NCBI GenBank assembly: GCA_964255285.1
Contig: CAXUUL010000030.1
Location: 1 to 55,960 of the forward strand
Direction: 5' to 3'
DNA length: 55,960 nucleotides
Source: Ionaspis alba
Lineage: Eukaryota
The notes below the pieces were generated by a model. That model was not told where the DNA came from, did not search any database, and worked only from the letters and a program-made list of their open reading frames with translations. Numbering within the stretch: position 1 is the stretch's first letter; every line of letters starts with the position of its first letter. Position numbers and translations under genes: made by a program. Positions 22,580-36,957 of the stretch are shown piece by piece.

Positions 22580-25500
22580 ATGTATAGTAATGGTGTCCGG
22601 AGCAGCACTGAAGTACCATCTCGAAATCAGGCGGACGCAAAGGAAAGCGAAGACATTCCAGAGCCGACCCTTGCAGGCGATAAGGAGGAGTTCAAACATG
22701 GACAGGATTGGATGGAAATTAAGGTGGAAGATAGGAATCTGCCAAATGCAGACGAAGCAGAGGGATTGAATCAGCCTTCATCTGGCAGGATACCTCGGAA
22801 TGGGTTTTTCAGTCCACATGACGGGCCTCCCGAAAATGAAACTCCTACATCTACAAATTCGGTCGAAGAGGCACCTCCTCAGCCACTAGAGGAGGATGAC
22901 CCAGGGGAGGCCTCGTCAGCACCGCAAAGTCCAGAGCCTCAGGGCGGTCGATCACCTGCATCCACGAATGGTCCGGCTCCACCAAATCATGAACGTTCTG
23001 AGTCTTCTCTGAGTGTGGCTACGAATGGAACACGGAGATCTTCGACTATCAGCTCCATGGTGTTTGTGGTAACAGCTCTCGAGAATATCTCGGGCTCGAA
23101 GGAAGCGCGGAAGCGAAAAGGCTTGGGTGACTCAGTGCAGGCTGCATTATCAGCTATAAAGAGTGAGGCGTCGCCCAGTCCTGAGATTATATTTGAACCA
23201 CTTCGCCTTGCAACGGAAACTACCAGCATACCTTTGACAACTACGGCTCTCGACTGTATTGGGAAATTGATCACTTATTCCTACTTCTCCATACCAGCCG
23301 TTGTACCGACAGGTTCGAGCAGCTTGGAACAACCGCAAGTGCCATTGATAGAGAGAGCTATCGATACCATTTGCGACTGCTTCCAGGACGAGGCAACCCC
23401 GGCAGAAGTTCAGCTGCAGATAGTGAAGTCTCTTCTTGCGGCCGTGCTAAACGACAAGATCATCGTCCATGGAGCCGGGCTACTAAAAGCTGTCCGCCAG
23501 ATCTACAACATTTTCCTATTATCCAAGTCTGGTCCAAATCAGCAGGTGGCTCAAGGTACCTTGAGCCAGATGGTAGGCACGGTCTTCGAAAGGGTCAAGA
23601 ATCGGCTTGCGCTCAAGGAAGCGCGCCTCAACCTGACAAAAACTGCATCAGAAAGAGGAACCGCGAACGGTAGCCAAGTCGACCTGACTGGTAGCAATGG
23701 TGCCTCCGATGTCATTGAGAATGACACTGGTGTTGACCCCGAAGCGTCTTCCGAGGCAGCATCCATCCTTACAGCAGATCCGTCGGTAAGCAAGGATCCT
23801 GGAGAAAAATTGACTCTTCAAAGTTTCGAGAATGCCAAAAACTTCGATGATACCAGAATTGGTGACAACGCGCCTACGATGGTCACAAGGGCCACAACTA
23901 GTCCTACAACTCTGCGCACTTCCTCGGGCCGGCAGCCTGTACCTGTGCATACCAGCGACGAGCATTCTGACCCAGGTTTGAACGACGAGGAGGAAGAGGA
24001 TGAGATATATGTGAAAGATGCATTCCTAGTATTTCGGTCTATGTGCCGACTTAGCACCAAGATTTTGCCTCAAGAGCAGCTGAAAGATCTCAGATCCCAG
24101 AACATGCGGTCAAAGCTTATTTCTCTCGCTATTATTCGAACCCTTTTGAACAACAACATGGAAGTCTTTACATCACCGCTTGTCACAATCCGGAGTAGTG
24201 TCAACAACGAACCAACAAGCTTTGGACAAGCTATCAATCAATATTTACGATTAGCTGTCAGTCGAAATGGTGCTAGCTCTATCAGACAGGTTTTCGAAAC
24301 AAGTTGCGAGATATTCTGGCTCATGTTAAAGGATATGAGGGTTATGCTCAAGGTACCCAAAAATCGAGACTGCGCTATAAGTCGGACACTGATCACACAT
24401 TTCGCAGCGAGAGATTGAGGTTTTTCTCAAAGAGATATACTTAAGTATCCTTGAACGACGAAATGCACCAAATTTCCAGAAGCTGTATATCATGAAGATA
24501 CTGCGGCGACTCTCGAACGACCCTAAAGCTCTGGTCGAGATCTATCTAAATTACGACTGTGACCGATCGGCGCTTGACAACATGTTTCAGCGAACCATTG
24601 AGCATCTGTCTCGAATCTCGAGCACTTCAATAACTGTTTCTTTCCAACAGCAGCAATTATATCAGGACCAACATACCAAAGATGGAGACATGGACATTGA
24701 TTGGCATGATCATGGGAAATTGCCGCCTTCTTTGACTACAGACAGTCTTATAAACCCCGTAGTTCATGAGCCGGACTTGCCGGTGGACTTTCTGCTGAAG
24801 CAGCAATCTTTGGAATGCCTGGTTCGGACTCTACGTTCGCTCATCAATTGGTCACAGGAGACGCTGGCAGCGTCAGCTGCTAAAATGGAGAGTAGCGACA
24901 ACAAATCTTCATTCGAGGACAGCCGAGGTTCTCTAGATCCTGCGCGAGTGGCTAATTCGCCGAGACCCTCAGCATCCGATACTCCTGTTGGTCCGTCAAC
25001 GCCTATGCTGGAAGATGATCCTAGTCAGCTAGAGAAGGCAAAACAACGGAAAACGGCTCTGATCAATGGGATACGGCAGTTCAACTTCAAGGCCAAAAGG
25101 GGAATCAAAATGTTGATTGATGACGGGTTCATACAGAGCGAGAGCCCGGAAGATATTGCAGCATTTATCATTCAAAACGACCAACTCGACAAGGGCATGA
25201 TCGGAGAGTACCTAGGCGAAGGCGAACCACAAAACGTGGCGATTATGCATGCCTTCGTCGATAACATGGACTTCACCAGAAGGCGGTTTGTGGACTCGTT
25301 AAGACAATTCCTACAAAGCTTTCGTCTTCCCGGAGAAGCTCAGAAGATCGACCGTTTCATGCTCAAGTTTGCTGAGAGATATATTTCCGGTAACCCTAAT
25401 GCATTCGCAAATGCAGATACTGCCTATGTATTGGCCTACTCCGTTGTCATGCTCAATACCGATCAGCACAGTGCTAAGCTTAAGGGAGCTAGAATGACGA

Positions 25501-28500
25501 AAGAGGACTTTATCAAGAACAATCGAGGCATCAATGACAGTGGTGATTTACCAGAGGAGTATCTCGGAGGAATATTTGATGAAATTGCCCACAACGAGAT
25601 CGTTCTCAACACTGAGCGAGAACATGCTGCGGCCTTAGGTATTACGGTGCAGGGGAATACTGGAGGTATTGCGTCAAGGGCAGGCCAAGTGCTCTTTACG
25701 AGAGATCTGGAGAGAGAAGCTGCCCATCAGGCAGATCAGGAGATGTCAAGCAAGGCTGAGCAGCGTTTGCGCAATATGATCAAGTCACAGAAGAAGATGG
25801 CCATCAAATCCGGCATTCCCAAGTACATTCCTGCAACATCGTTCAAACACGTAGGTCCAATGTTCGAGGTTACCTGGATGTCATTCCTGTCAGGCTTTTC
25901 CGGGCAAATGCAAACGGCGCAGAACATCGAGACGATCAAGACGTGTATGGAAGGCATCAAACTTGCGATTCGAATTGCATGTCTCTTTGATCTGGAGACG
26001 CCACGTGTAGCCTTTGTGACAGCATTGGCAAACTTTACCAATCTTGGCAACTTGAGAGACATGGCGGCCAAGAATCTTGAGGCATTGAAAGTTCTCCTCG
26101 AGATTGCGCAAACAGAAGGCAACATGCTGAAGAGCTCATGGGGTGATGTATTGACGTGTATTAGTCAACTTGATCGTTTTCAGCTGATATCAGGTGGAGT
26201 CAATGAAGATGTGGTTCCAGATGTGCGGAAGGCTAGTATCTTACCTCCTCCGAGACCTTCAAGTAGCTCAGGTCGAAGGGGCCCTCCAGCAACAAGACGT
26301 GCGAGGCCGCCAATGAACACGACTGGATCTGTATACCAAATGGAAATTGCCCAGGAGAGTCGATCAGCTGATATGATCAAGAGTGTCGATCGAATATTCA
26401 CCAATACTGCAGAGCTCTCCGGAGATGCAATCATCTATTTTGTTCGCGCGTTGAGTGAGGTCAGTTGGCAGGAGATACAATCTTCCGGACAGAGTGATTC
26501 TCCTCGTACCTACAGCCTGCAGAAGCTGGTCGAGATCAGCTACTATAACATGACTCGTGTCAGATTTGAGTGGACGAACATATGGCAGGTTCTAGGCGAG
26601 CACTTCAACGAAGTAGGCTGTCATTCCAACACCAACGTAGTCTTCTTTGCACTCGATTCTTTGCGTCAACTCTCCATGCGCTTTATGGAGATCGAGGAAC
26701 TGCCAGGTTTCAAGTTCCAGAAGGACTTCCTCAAGCCTTTTGAGCACGTCATGGCAAATAGCTCCGCCGTCACGGTCAAGGATATGGTTCTTCGATGTTT
26801 GATACAAATGATCCAAGCAAGAGGCGACAACATTCGATCAGGTTGGAAGACTATGTTCGGTGTCTTTACTGTGGCTGCTCGGGAGCCATACGGTATGCGG
26901 TAATCTCATGTGAGGGACAAACTGTGATCGCTGACAGCATTGCAGAGGGACTTGTCAATCTTGCATTCGACCACGTCACACAAATTTACAACACCAGATT
27001 TGGAGTTGTGATATCTCAAGGTGCATTTGCTGACCTTGTCGTTTGTTTGACGGAATTCTCCAAGAATCTCAAGTTTCAGAAGAAATCACTACAAGCAATT
27101 GAAACATTGAAATCAACAGTCCCGCGAATGCTGAAGACCCCTGAGTGCCCTCTTTCTCATCGAAGCGATGGCCTGGGTGTCGGTGGTCCTCCTGAGAGTG
27201 CTACTCTTGCAAGAAATGCAAGTCGCCAAACGCAGGAAGAGCAGTATTGGTTTCCTGTTCTTTTTGCTTTCCATGATGTGCTCATGACGGGCGACGACCT
27301 AGAAGTCCGATCGCAGTAAGTTCAGAACTCTATTGAATAATGGAGTCGTTCGACTAATTTGTCAGGGCCCTAAACTACCTATTCGACACTCTGATTAGAT
27401 ACGGTGGAGACTTTCCCCCAGAATTCTGGGACATCCTCTGGCGACAGCTACTCTATCCGATCTTCATGGTCTTGAAATCTAAATCAGAAATGACAAAGGT
27501 TTTGAACCACGAAGATCTCTCTGTCTGGCTCTCGACCACCATGATTCAAGCTTTACGAAATATGATGACGCTTTTCACGCATTACTTCGAGTCTTTGGAA
27601 TGGATGTTGGACCGCTTCCTTGACCTCCTAGCCCTGTGTATCTGCCAGGAGAACGACACCATTGCAAGGATCGGAAGCAACTGCCTTCAAACCCTCATAC
27701 TGCAAAACGTGAACAAGTTTCAGCTAGAGCACTGGCACCAAATCGTATCAGCTTTCGTTGAACTCTTTGATCGCACCACAGCTTATCAGTTGTTTACCGC
27801 AGCCACGTCTTCATCCAGCACGTCCTACATCTCGGAAGATGGTGGCACTCGCAGAGTCTCCGGCGTCGAGTATGATCATCACGGTCTTGCCATAGCCGAC
27901 AATGAAGATGAAGAACGTCCTTCAAGCCCTCCAGCAAGTATAAGGGCAAATGGGATCAGGTCCCATACTGCAGATCCAGACCAACCAGGAGATACGAGCC
28001 CTCAGCGCAGCGTGTCGCCTCCACCAACTCAGCCTGCTTCTACATCCCCAGAACTCGAGGACTATCGCCCACAGTCAAGCCCACAGCAGCAACCTGTAGT
28101 CGTTACAACTGCCCGTCGTCGTTTCTTCAACAAGATCATCACACGTTGTGTTTTGCAACTTCTTATGATCGAAACAGTCAACGAGCTCTTCTCGAACAAT
28201 GATGTCTACACGCAAATACCGAGTCCGGAGCTACTTCGACTGATGGCATTGCTCAAGAAGAGCTATTCTTTTGCAAAGAAGTTCAATAACGACAAAGATC
28301 TTCGAATGCGGTTGTGGCGCGAAGGTTTTATGAAGCAGCCTCCGAATCTCTTGAAGCAGGAAAGTGGTAGCGCCGCCACGTATGTGAGTATTTTGGTGCG
28401 CATGTACTTCGACGAAGGCAAGGAGCGGAGGGAAAATCGAGCGGAGACTGAGGCTGCTTTGATACCGTGAGTCCAAACTATCTACCACCAAAGCCCCAAA

Positions 28501-28889
28501 GCTGACGTTCATTCAGACTCTGCGCCGACATTATCCGAGGCTATGTCATCCTCGACGAAGAGACACAGCAACGGAACATAGTGGCTTGGAGACCTGTTGT
28601 GGTTGACGTGATGGAAGGCTACACAAACTTTCCTACACACGACTTCGAAAAACACATTGAGACCTTCTACCCGCTAGCAGTCGAACTTCTGAATAGAGAT
28701 CTGGGGCTCGAGGTTCGTCTGGCGCTACAGGGGCTGCTACGAAGAATTGGGGAGATCCGGATGGGCATGGGTCCAATTCAAACACCAGGTCAGACGCCGG
28801 GTCAGACACCGCTTCAGACTCCGACGAGCCCTCGGAGTCTTTCCTCCGCATACTTTGGGCGACGTACCAGTCGAGGAACAAGCCGATAG
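22580..28889 (+). CDS. SEC7: ARF guanine-nucleotide exchange factor Sec7 (BIG/HypB)
   Basis: DCB/HUS region (ALDCIGKLI, YLNYDCD), Sec7 domain FRLPGEAQKIDR and HDS regions (YSLQKLVEISYYNM, QPPNLLKQES). Multiple introns; exact start uncertain. Confidence 0.95.
28779..28826 (+). repeat. Coding 12-bp tandem repeat x4 (QTPG QTPG QTPL QTPT) in Sec7 C-tail
   Basis: CAAACACCAGGT CAGACGCCGGGT CAGACACCGCTT CAGACTCCGACG. Confidence 0.75.
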
Positions 28890-29540
28890 CTTGCTCACAT
28901 TTTTTGTCCTGGGAGGATCTTGATCTGGTCGAATGCGTTTTAGCGAGGCAGGAAGTATTGCATCAACATGCTTGGAGTTTGCTTTTAGACCGCGACAGAT
29001 ATCGGCAAAATGGGCGGCGTGATTTGAAGTCGAGAGAAATGTACAGATACAGATATATGTACATTGTGTGGAAAATCGTTTGATCGTTTGGGCATTGTTG
29101 TGAGGGAAATCGTGAATCTGTACATATTAGGGCATTTGTCGCGCGTAGATTGATCGCGTGCCTCGGCAGGGGTAAATAGAATTCCTAGATTACAAGGTTG
29201 CAAGGTCTTGGTGTTTGGTGGGGTTTGGACCCTCTGTGCGTCATTGTTTAGAGCCGAAACCCCCATGCCTTGTTCTGAGCTTGCGCGTGAAACCGAGCAG
29301 GATCGCGACGCCAATTGAGCTTGGAATAGGACAGTGAGCCGAAACTTAAAGATCAAGGAACGATTTCGAAACGCCATTCATAGTATTCCCAATCTTCTCC
29401 CTCCAAGATTCAGCCTGGCTGTAGACGTGTGCCATGGTCTGATTCGTGAATTATTCGCACCAACTTGAACCCAAGCACTTGAAAGCTCTTCCAACTTCAA
29501 CAAAACAGAGTTTAGTCACTTTCCTAGGAGAAGTGCAATT

Positions 29541-32374
29541 ATGTCAGAAATTGAGAACCATGAGGACAATCGGTCATTCCAGGAGAAGCTGAGGCACCCG
29601 TTCCCAGAACTGCGTCAACAGCTCAAAGGTATAGCTCAACTGCAAGCTCCTGGGAAGGCGGACGACTAACTCACCCAAGGAACTCATCTGTACGATGCAA
29701 AGGTCAAAGCCATCCACTTCAAGCATAAAGTGGGCAAGTTCCACAACATCATCAATCCCAACCATCGACACGATGAGCAGCACGAAAAGGAAACCGACGA
29801 GAAGCGCACCCGTATCGCAAAAAGCCATCGTTTTGAATCTTTCGCTCCAGAGCGTGAGGGCAACAAGATCAAGTGGTATGTCGACGGGCAGGACTACTTC
29901 CACGCCGTGTCCGTAGCTCTGGAGAAGGCAAACGAGACGATCTACATTGCCGACTGGTGGTTGAGTCCGGAATTGTTCTTAAGAAGACCCCCGTACTACA
30001 ATCAGGAATGGAGGTTGGATCAGATCTTGAAGAGGAGAGCAGAGGCGGGAGTTAAGATCTATGTCATTGTGTACAAGGAGGTCTCAGCAGCCTTGACCTG
30101 CAACAGCGTGCACACAAAACATGCTTTGCAGGGTCTCTGCCCCGAGGGTAGTCCAGGTTATGGCAACATCCAGGTGATGAGACATCCGGATCACAACGTG
30201 TTTGAAAATGCTGGGGATATGACCTTCTACTGGGCGCATCACGAGAAATTCATCGTCATTGATTATGCCTTAGCCTTTATCGGGGGTCTTGATCTTTGCT
30301 TCGGCCGTTGGGACAGTCGACAACATCCTCTGGCAGATGTTCATCCTTCTGGTGTACAGAACGAGATGTTTCCTGGCCAAGATTTCAACAACAACAGAAT
30401 TATGGACTTCCAGACGGTGGACGATTGGAAATCAAATGAGCTGAGCAAAGCGGACTATGGCCGGATGCCGTGGCACGATGTGGCCATGGGAGTAATCGGC
30501 GACTGCGTCTACGACATAGCGGAGCATTTCATACTGAGGTGGAATTTCGTCAAGCGCGACAAGTACAAGCGGGACGAAAAGTTCAACTGGTTGATCCTCG
30601 AGGGCCGAGAGGGAGAGCATGAGGATATCATCAGTGTTCAGCGGCCGAAGCATCCTGTAGGAGACTATATCAAGCAACCTATCTCGCCACTTTCGACCAA
30701 ACCTTGGGCACACAGTGATCAGGGTACGGTACACGCCCAGATAGTGCGCAGTAGTGCCGATTGGAGCAGTGGGATCTTGACGGAGCAGTCGATTCAGAAT
30801 GCGTATTGCGAAGTTATCAGAAATGCGCAGCACTATGTCTATATCGAGAACCAGTTCTTCATTACAGCCACAGGCGAGGAGCAAGCGCCTATCCACAATA
30901 CTATTGGTGCCGCAATCGTCGATGCCTGTGTTCGTGCTGGGAAAGAGGGCAGAAAGTTCCGAGTCATCATACTCATTCCTGCCATTCCTGGGTTTGCCGG
31001 TGACCTGAGAGAGGACGCTGCTATGGGTACACGAGCTATCATGGACTATCAATTCAAGTCCATTCACAGAGGAAAGCATTCAATCAAAGAGCGGATCAGG
31101 GCAGAAGGCGTCAACCCAGACAACCATATTTTCGTCTTCAACCTCCGATCTTATGATCGTCTTAACAAGACCCCAGCTATGGTCAAGCAAGAAGAAAAGT
31201 CCGGTGTCAAATACCAAGACGTGCAGCGTGCCGAAGCCGAGGAGATTATGGGCGAAGGTGTGCACGGCGCCAGCGACCCAACAGAGAAGCACGACGACCG
31301 TGATGACGCTGGGGATGAAGAGAAAGAGAGGATGGTTGACCAGAAACGGAAATTTGAAGCTTCTCGTGGTGAAGCTGGCGTCAAAGACGGGAGAAAGAGC
31401 ACTACCGAATCGTCAATCTCACAGACGGCTATGCTTAATGGTGGCAAAGTCTCAGATCTGAAGTGGGAGGGGGATCCTGAGCAAGAGAAGGAGAATTTCG
31501 TGCAAGAAGAGTTGTATATCCACGGGAAAGTGCTGATCGTCGATGACAAGATAGTTATCTGTGGCTCATCAAATATCAACGACAGGGTAAACATTTTCAT
31601 CTCACCCTGTCCAATACTCTATATTGACATTGCCTCCAGTCCCAGTTAGGCTTCCACGACAGCGAACTCTCCATCGTAATGGAAGACTACAAGCAAATTG
31701 ACAGCACCATGGACGGTCAGCCCTACAAAGCCGGCCACCATGCCGCGACGCTCCGGCGAATGCTCTGGCGCGAGCATCTCGGATTGCTTCCTGCTCAGGG
31801 CCCTGATGATGACGAAAAAGACGCCAATGCTCAACCCCCCGATGTCTGTGCTAACGACGTTATGGAAGGGCCTGAGTATGAGTTCGTGGCGGATCCACTG
31901 AGCGACAAGGTGTGGGACATGTGGACTGGGCAGGCAACGATGAATACGGAGATGTATCGGCACTTGTTTCGCGCGGATCCGGATAACAACAGTAAGTTCC
32001 CCGTTCCCTGCTCAAGCGATGATGATCTGCATGCAAGCCCATCGCAATCTTTTCCTCACGCTAAAATATGCGGTGGTTGTTTCCTTACATGCCTTGCATC
32101 GCAATACATTAGACCCTAAGCATACATTACCGAGCCCTCCCTAATTAACGCGCCTGCAGTCAAAACCTTTGACGATTACCAGACCTTCTTGCCGAAGCAC
32201 GGCGTCAAGCAAGGGCATTTGTATGACCAGTATATGCCGGTTGCGGAGGTCAGGCAGAAGTTGGATAAGATTAGGGGGCATTTGGTGTGGATGCCGTTGG
32301 ATTTCTTGAGGGATGCGGAGATGGCGGAGAAGGGGATGCAGGTTAATGCTTATACGGAGAGTATTTATACGTGA
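29541..32374 (+). CDS. Phospholipase D lacking PX/PH domains (PldA-like)
   Basis: Two HKD motifs (HHEKFIVID and IHGKVLIVDD..GSSNINDRS), plus DWWLSPE, RMPWHD and YIENQFF. Introns 29629-29679, 31587-31639 and 31992-32159. Confidence 0.93.
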
Positions 32375-32378
32375 AGGA

Positions 32379-32478
32379 NNNNNNNNNNNNNNNNNNNNNN
32401 NNNNNNNNNNNNNNNNNNNNNNNNNNNNNNNNNNNNNNNNNNNNNNNNNNNNNNNNNNNNNNNNNNNNNNNNNNNNNN
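32379..32478. other. Assembly gap (100 N)
   Basis: Run of 100 N. Confidence 1.
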
Positions 32479-34797
32479 TCAGATAGGCTTGGTCGACTTT
32501 GTGGAAGTCGACGTTTGAGTTCACTGTCAAGTGTGGAAGACACCGCGCGGAATTCTCAGACATGTGATTTATTCTCCGAATGTCTCGGTAGTAGGCTCTT
32601 TTTGGTGAGTCTTAAATGTGTTACATTATTGGGAGATCGGAAAGCCTGGTACCCGGCCGCCCTGCGTGGTAATGATGGCTGATTCGAGGTTGTTGATGTT
32701 GTGTAACATGTACAATTCGCTTCCCAGTCGCCAGGGATGACCTGCATTAGAGTTGTGTGACTATCACTTTTTATGCAAAAATCATCGACTTCACACATTC
32801 TTTGGATATGGCGCCGTCATGATTGTAAGGTCTTAGCAGAAGCAGTAAAAGGTTCAATACTATATTAGCAATTGCAGATGCGGGTGTAAAGTCTCGTATC
32901 TGCTAGCATAATCCGATACTTCGATCGGTTCCAGCCTCTCTAAACCCGTTACCTTCTACATCCTTTGTTTGCGTGCTACTGTCTAGGCGCTCTGCATGTT
33001 TTGGTCATTGTTCAGGCGCCAGTCCCCTTCGAGGAGACTTTACAGAAGACGGATGCATGCAAACGCCGTGGTGGTCGCTGCGGAAGGTGCATTGCTTGGG
33101 ACACATTTCATGCCGAGAACCCCTGTACTGATGCCATGGCTGTCTGTGTTACTTTCATCGATGAGATGAAGCTCGCAACGCTCACAGCGTGTGCTGAACT
33201 CACGCGGGTGTTCGCATTATCCAGAGTGGGTGTTCTTGAGGCTGAAGATGATCTAAAACCGTGGCTCTCACTGCAGAGAGTTTATCTTGAAGATAAAAGC
33301 AGTATCTCACGAAGCAAGATGGAGCGGACAGAATAATGACGTACTCGGCTTGATGGGTGTTCAAAGGGCAGCCTCCACCGCTTCTGCTGCAAGACCTTGT
33401 TTCCACCATTTTTCTACCTGTACGACCTTACATGAGTATGAGACACAGCTGCGTTTTAGTGATTCGTACTAGCGATTTCGTTACTTCTGTCTATTGGCCT
33501 GTTGAACAGCCTCAACGCATGTTTTCTTCTTCTGCTATTCGCCCTGATTCATCGTTAGACTATGAACTGGGCGGCGATATTCTGCATTTGTGAGCTTTTA
33601 TTGATGGCCACAGCATCGTCCTTGTTTGCAAATCTTTTCTACATGAGACGTATCATCTATGTTGGCCTTGTCAGCTCTGTTCTTTGGTGGTGGAGAGGCT
33701 GTGGCGTTGTCCCAGTAGTTTCGTTGTCCCAGCGGATGCAGCGCGGACCAAAACTTGATAGTGCTGTCTATCCCATTGATCATAATACGCCTGGTTTCAT
33801 CTTCCGAGGAAACTCCGTAGAGTCGTGGTGGCTGGACTGAACGGTACTACTGCTCGAACTGAAGAAACTGTCACAAGTGCCGTACTTGCTGATGGTCTGC
33901 AGGGAATACTGAAAGAAGACTGGGGTTCGTTCTCTGATCTCAACCAAGTGTGCAATTCGTTCCGATAGTCTCCAGCCCGTATCGCTGGTCATTCTGTTTA
34001 GGCTCGCAAGCAGGCACAAACCTCTACCACGAAGATCTGCACCACATCTATCCGAGTCAGTACCACTTTGCATTAAGCAATATCAAGCCGTGCATCGGGA
34101 CGACCAAGACTGCTTCCGCCACGTCTCAGAGCCATGTCACGATGTTCGATCTCTCCTTGACATAGCGGTGAGAAATCAGCATAAGAGCAGCATTACTTCC
34201 CGAGAAGTTACCTTTCTTTTCACTACTTTCACAAATACCACTCACGCGATTCTTCACTCTAGCTCCGCCCAGCTCAAGTCTTCATTAAGTCTCTAGTATA
34301 CCCACCATCTTTTGCTTCGGCAAAGACTGTGAGAACCTTCCACCCCTGCAATAAGTTCCTCTACCTAAAAGCGCCCAACTTCCTATTTGCTCTACCGTTC
34401 ATTTTCCATGACTACCAAAAATCTCGTCACGCCTCTTGGACTAGCAGTTTTCTTTTCCTTCTTTCAAGTTTGCAAACATCATTCTGATCGGTGGCTAATG
34501 CTCTGCTTTCGATGAACGAACAGCCCTCGCAAACATGCCCCCTTGCCGCCACTCCTTCAAGGAAATCGAATCTCCGAACGCCGTTCTTACCTGGCGTTGC
34601 AGCTCCTGCACCTCTGGCCCATTCTTCAAGATCTGGGAATGTGCCTACTGCAAAATCAAGCGCTGTCGTGGATGCGTTGGGAAGGCTTAGACCCTGTCCT
34701 CGAGATGGAGGGGAGGAACGGGGATCAGTGGTAGAGACGGCACAACAAGTATTGGTATTGGTATAGATCTTTTCAAGTCGGAAGATTTTGGGCTGTA

Positions 34798-34897
34798 NNN
34801 NNNNNNNNNNNNNNNNNNNNNNNNNNNNNNNNNNNNNNNNNNNNNNNNNNNNNNNNNNNNNNNNNNNNNNNNNNNNNNNNNNNNNNNNNNNNNNNNN
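34798..34897. other. Assembly gap (100 N)
   Basis: Run of 100 N. Confidence 1.
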
Positions 34898-35416
34898 AGA
34901 GGAAGCCACCAAGTCTTCAGGATGACCAGAACGCACAGGGATTGATGTAACCATTACGACAGTCTTCCACCTCTAGATTCTTAGGAATGGGTAGTTTGAT
35001 GTGATGAGTCCTCTCGTTTAGCCTCAACAATCTATACTATCATTTTTCTGAAAACCCGTATCCACTACCATACTCGCCGGTTGATAATTATCATGGCACA
35101 GTTATTCTACTTCTCGTTACTTGCTTACGGTGGGACCTCCGACGTCGAGTGGTGTTGTGGCTCAGCTTGGCAGGGATGAGGCCGGCAAGCTTCCGGCCCA
35201 TGCCGCATACGTCATTGCGCCCCAAGCAAAGCTGTTAAAGAAACGCCCTCTCTCCTCTCTGGCCAGGTCGTGCTTATGTCCATCGTCGGAAATACAGGTA
35301 TGCCTCTTACAATCACGACTCAATCCTCTCTGGTACATTGATTTTGATATCTGCTTGATAGGACACTTCACGAACAAGGGTAGCTTCATCCCAGAAGTCG
35401 ATCATCCTCTTCCAAG

Positions 35417-36336
35417 ATGACTCCAAGTACGTTTTAGAACCCTTGATCAGGGAAGACGCTGCTAACGCTCATAGGGCCTTTATTTGCATTTGCATCCCTG
35501 ATTCTCATAGCAGGAGCCTGTCTTCTCATCTTCTTCGTCCTGCTTGCCGGTGCCACCAATAGCAATCCGGTCGACCAAATCTTCTTCCTCGAAGCTGACA
35601 CCTCCGGAATACCAAACGCACCCTCTGTGTCGCGCTGGACGTTCTGGAATATCTGCCCTGTGAGCGCTACAGGTCGCAATCTGTGTGGAGCAGTTCACCC
35701 GGCCTTTCCGCTTGATCCACCGAGCGACAGCAACTTTGGCACGACGACGGGCATCAACGATGCCTTCATTGGGTGTGTCAATTCGATCTATACACTAGCG
35801 GGAACACGACTAACAGCTAAGTAAAGGACGAACAAGTACTTTTACTTGACCCGCTTCATGTTCGCCTTTGCGCTGATCGCCCTCTTCTTCGCGGTTTCCG
35901 CGCTATTCCTCGGCTTGTTCGCTTTATGCAGTCGAATTGGTAGCTACCTGTCTAGCCTTACATGTTTCATTGCGCTGTTCTTCCAGACGATCACCGCGGC
36001 CTTGATGACGTGAGTTATCGTAATTGTCTCAGTTAGCTCAGTCTAATACTAACCTTTCCTGCTAGTGCCGCATATGTCATGGGACGAAACAACTTCATAG
36101 CTAGCAACAAAACGGCCACGCTTGGCAAATACTCCTTCGGCTTCATGTGGGCCGCCATGGCCTGCCTATTCCTGGCAACTGTAATGTTCTGCATTGCAGG
36201 TGTCACCTCGAAGAAAGATACAGCCTACAGCAGCAGGACGACCAAGCGATCGAGATTTGGACGGAAGAAGAGCACCCGATCTCGGGGCAGCTTCATTGAT
36301 AGCGAGAGTCAGAGGAGAGTCAAGGAGGAATATTGA
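35417..36336 (+). CDS. SUR7: SUR7/PalI-family tetraspan (eisosome/MCC) protein
   Basis: Spliced MTP|RPLFAFASLILIAGACLLIFFVLLAG..FFLEADTSGIPNAPSVSRWTFWNIC..PAFPLDPP..NFGTT..YFYLTRFMFAF..LGKYSFGFMWAA. Three introns. Confidence 0.88.
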
Positions 36337-36957
36337 TTGCGCAGTTGCCTATCAGCATGTATGAATGTATGATATGGATCGTATGTTTTATGGAGGCGGT
36401 GGCATCGATGCGGCCGAGATCTGAGCGTTTTGAGAGAGAATGTCAATATCTAATCTTTGTGCATAGTTATTGGATAGTAATGAGTTAATACTTAATGTCA
36501 CTCAACACATTCCTATTCCACAATGGCCAATTACTGTGAAGATCATATTTCTATTTCACGAGAAAGGCACAGCCTATTATGCTCATCACAATTGATGTCC
36601 TATTTCTTGCAAGTAGTAACATGGTAACCACTTCTTGTTTGCGTCTCCTCGGCGCCTAGTAATCCTTCGGCCATTAAGCGCAGGTCAGGAGATTTCCGCG
36701 GCGAGGCTAAAAATTCCTTAGTGTTCCCGACTTTTATCGATGGCGTTATCAGCGACCTTGCCCTAATCTCATTCGCCCCAGCAGTGACAAAGACCATGGC
36801 AAAATCATATACAGGGCCATATTCCTTTAACGGACGGCTGTGCTTATTCTCGTTGTTCTTCCCATATATTGTTCCTTGAGTCTTGCGGCATCAAGCGATC
36901 TCTGTACTCAACCGCATCCTAGACTGAATCCTAGGAATACTGGATCTTCCTCTCGGC

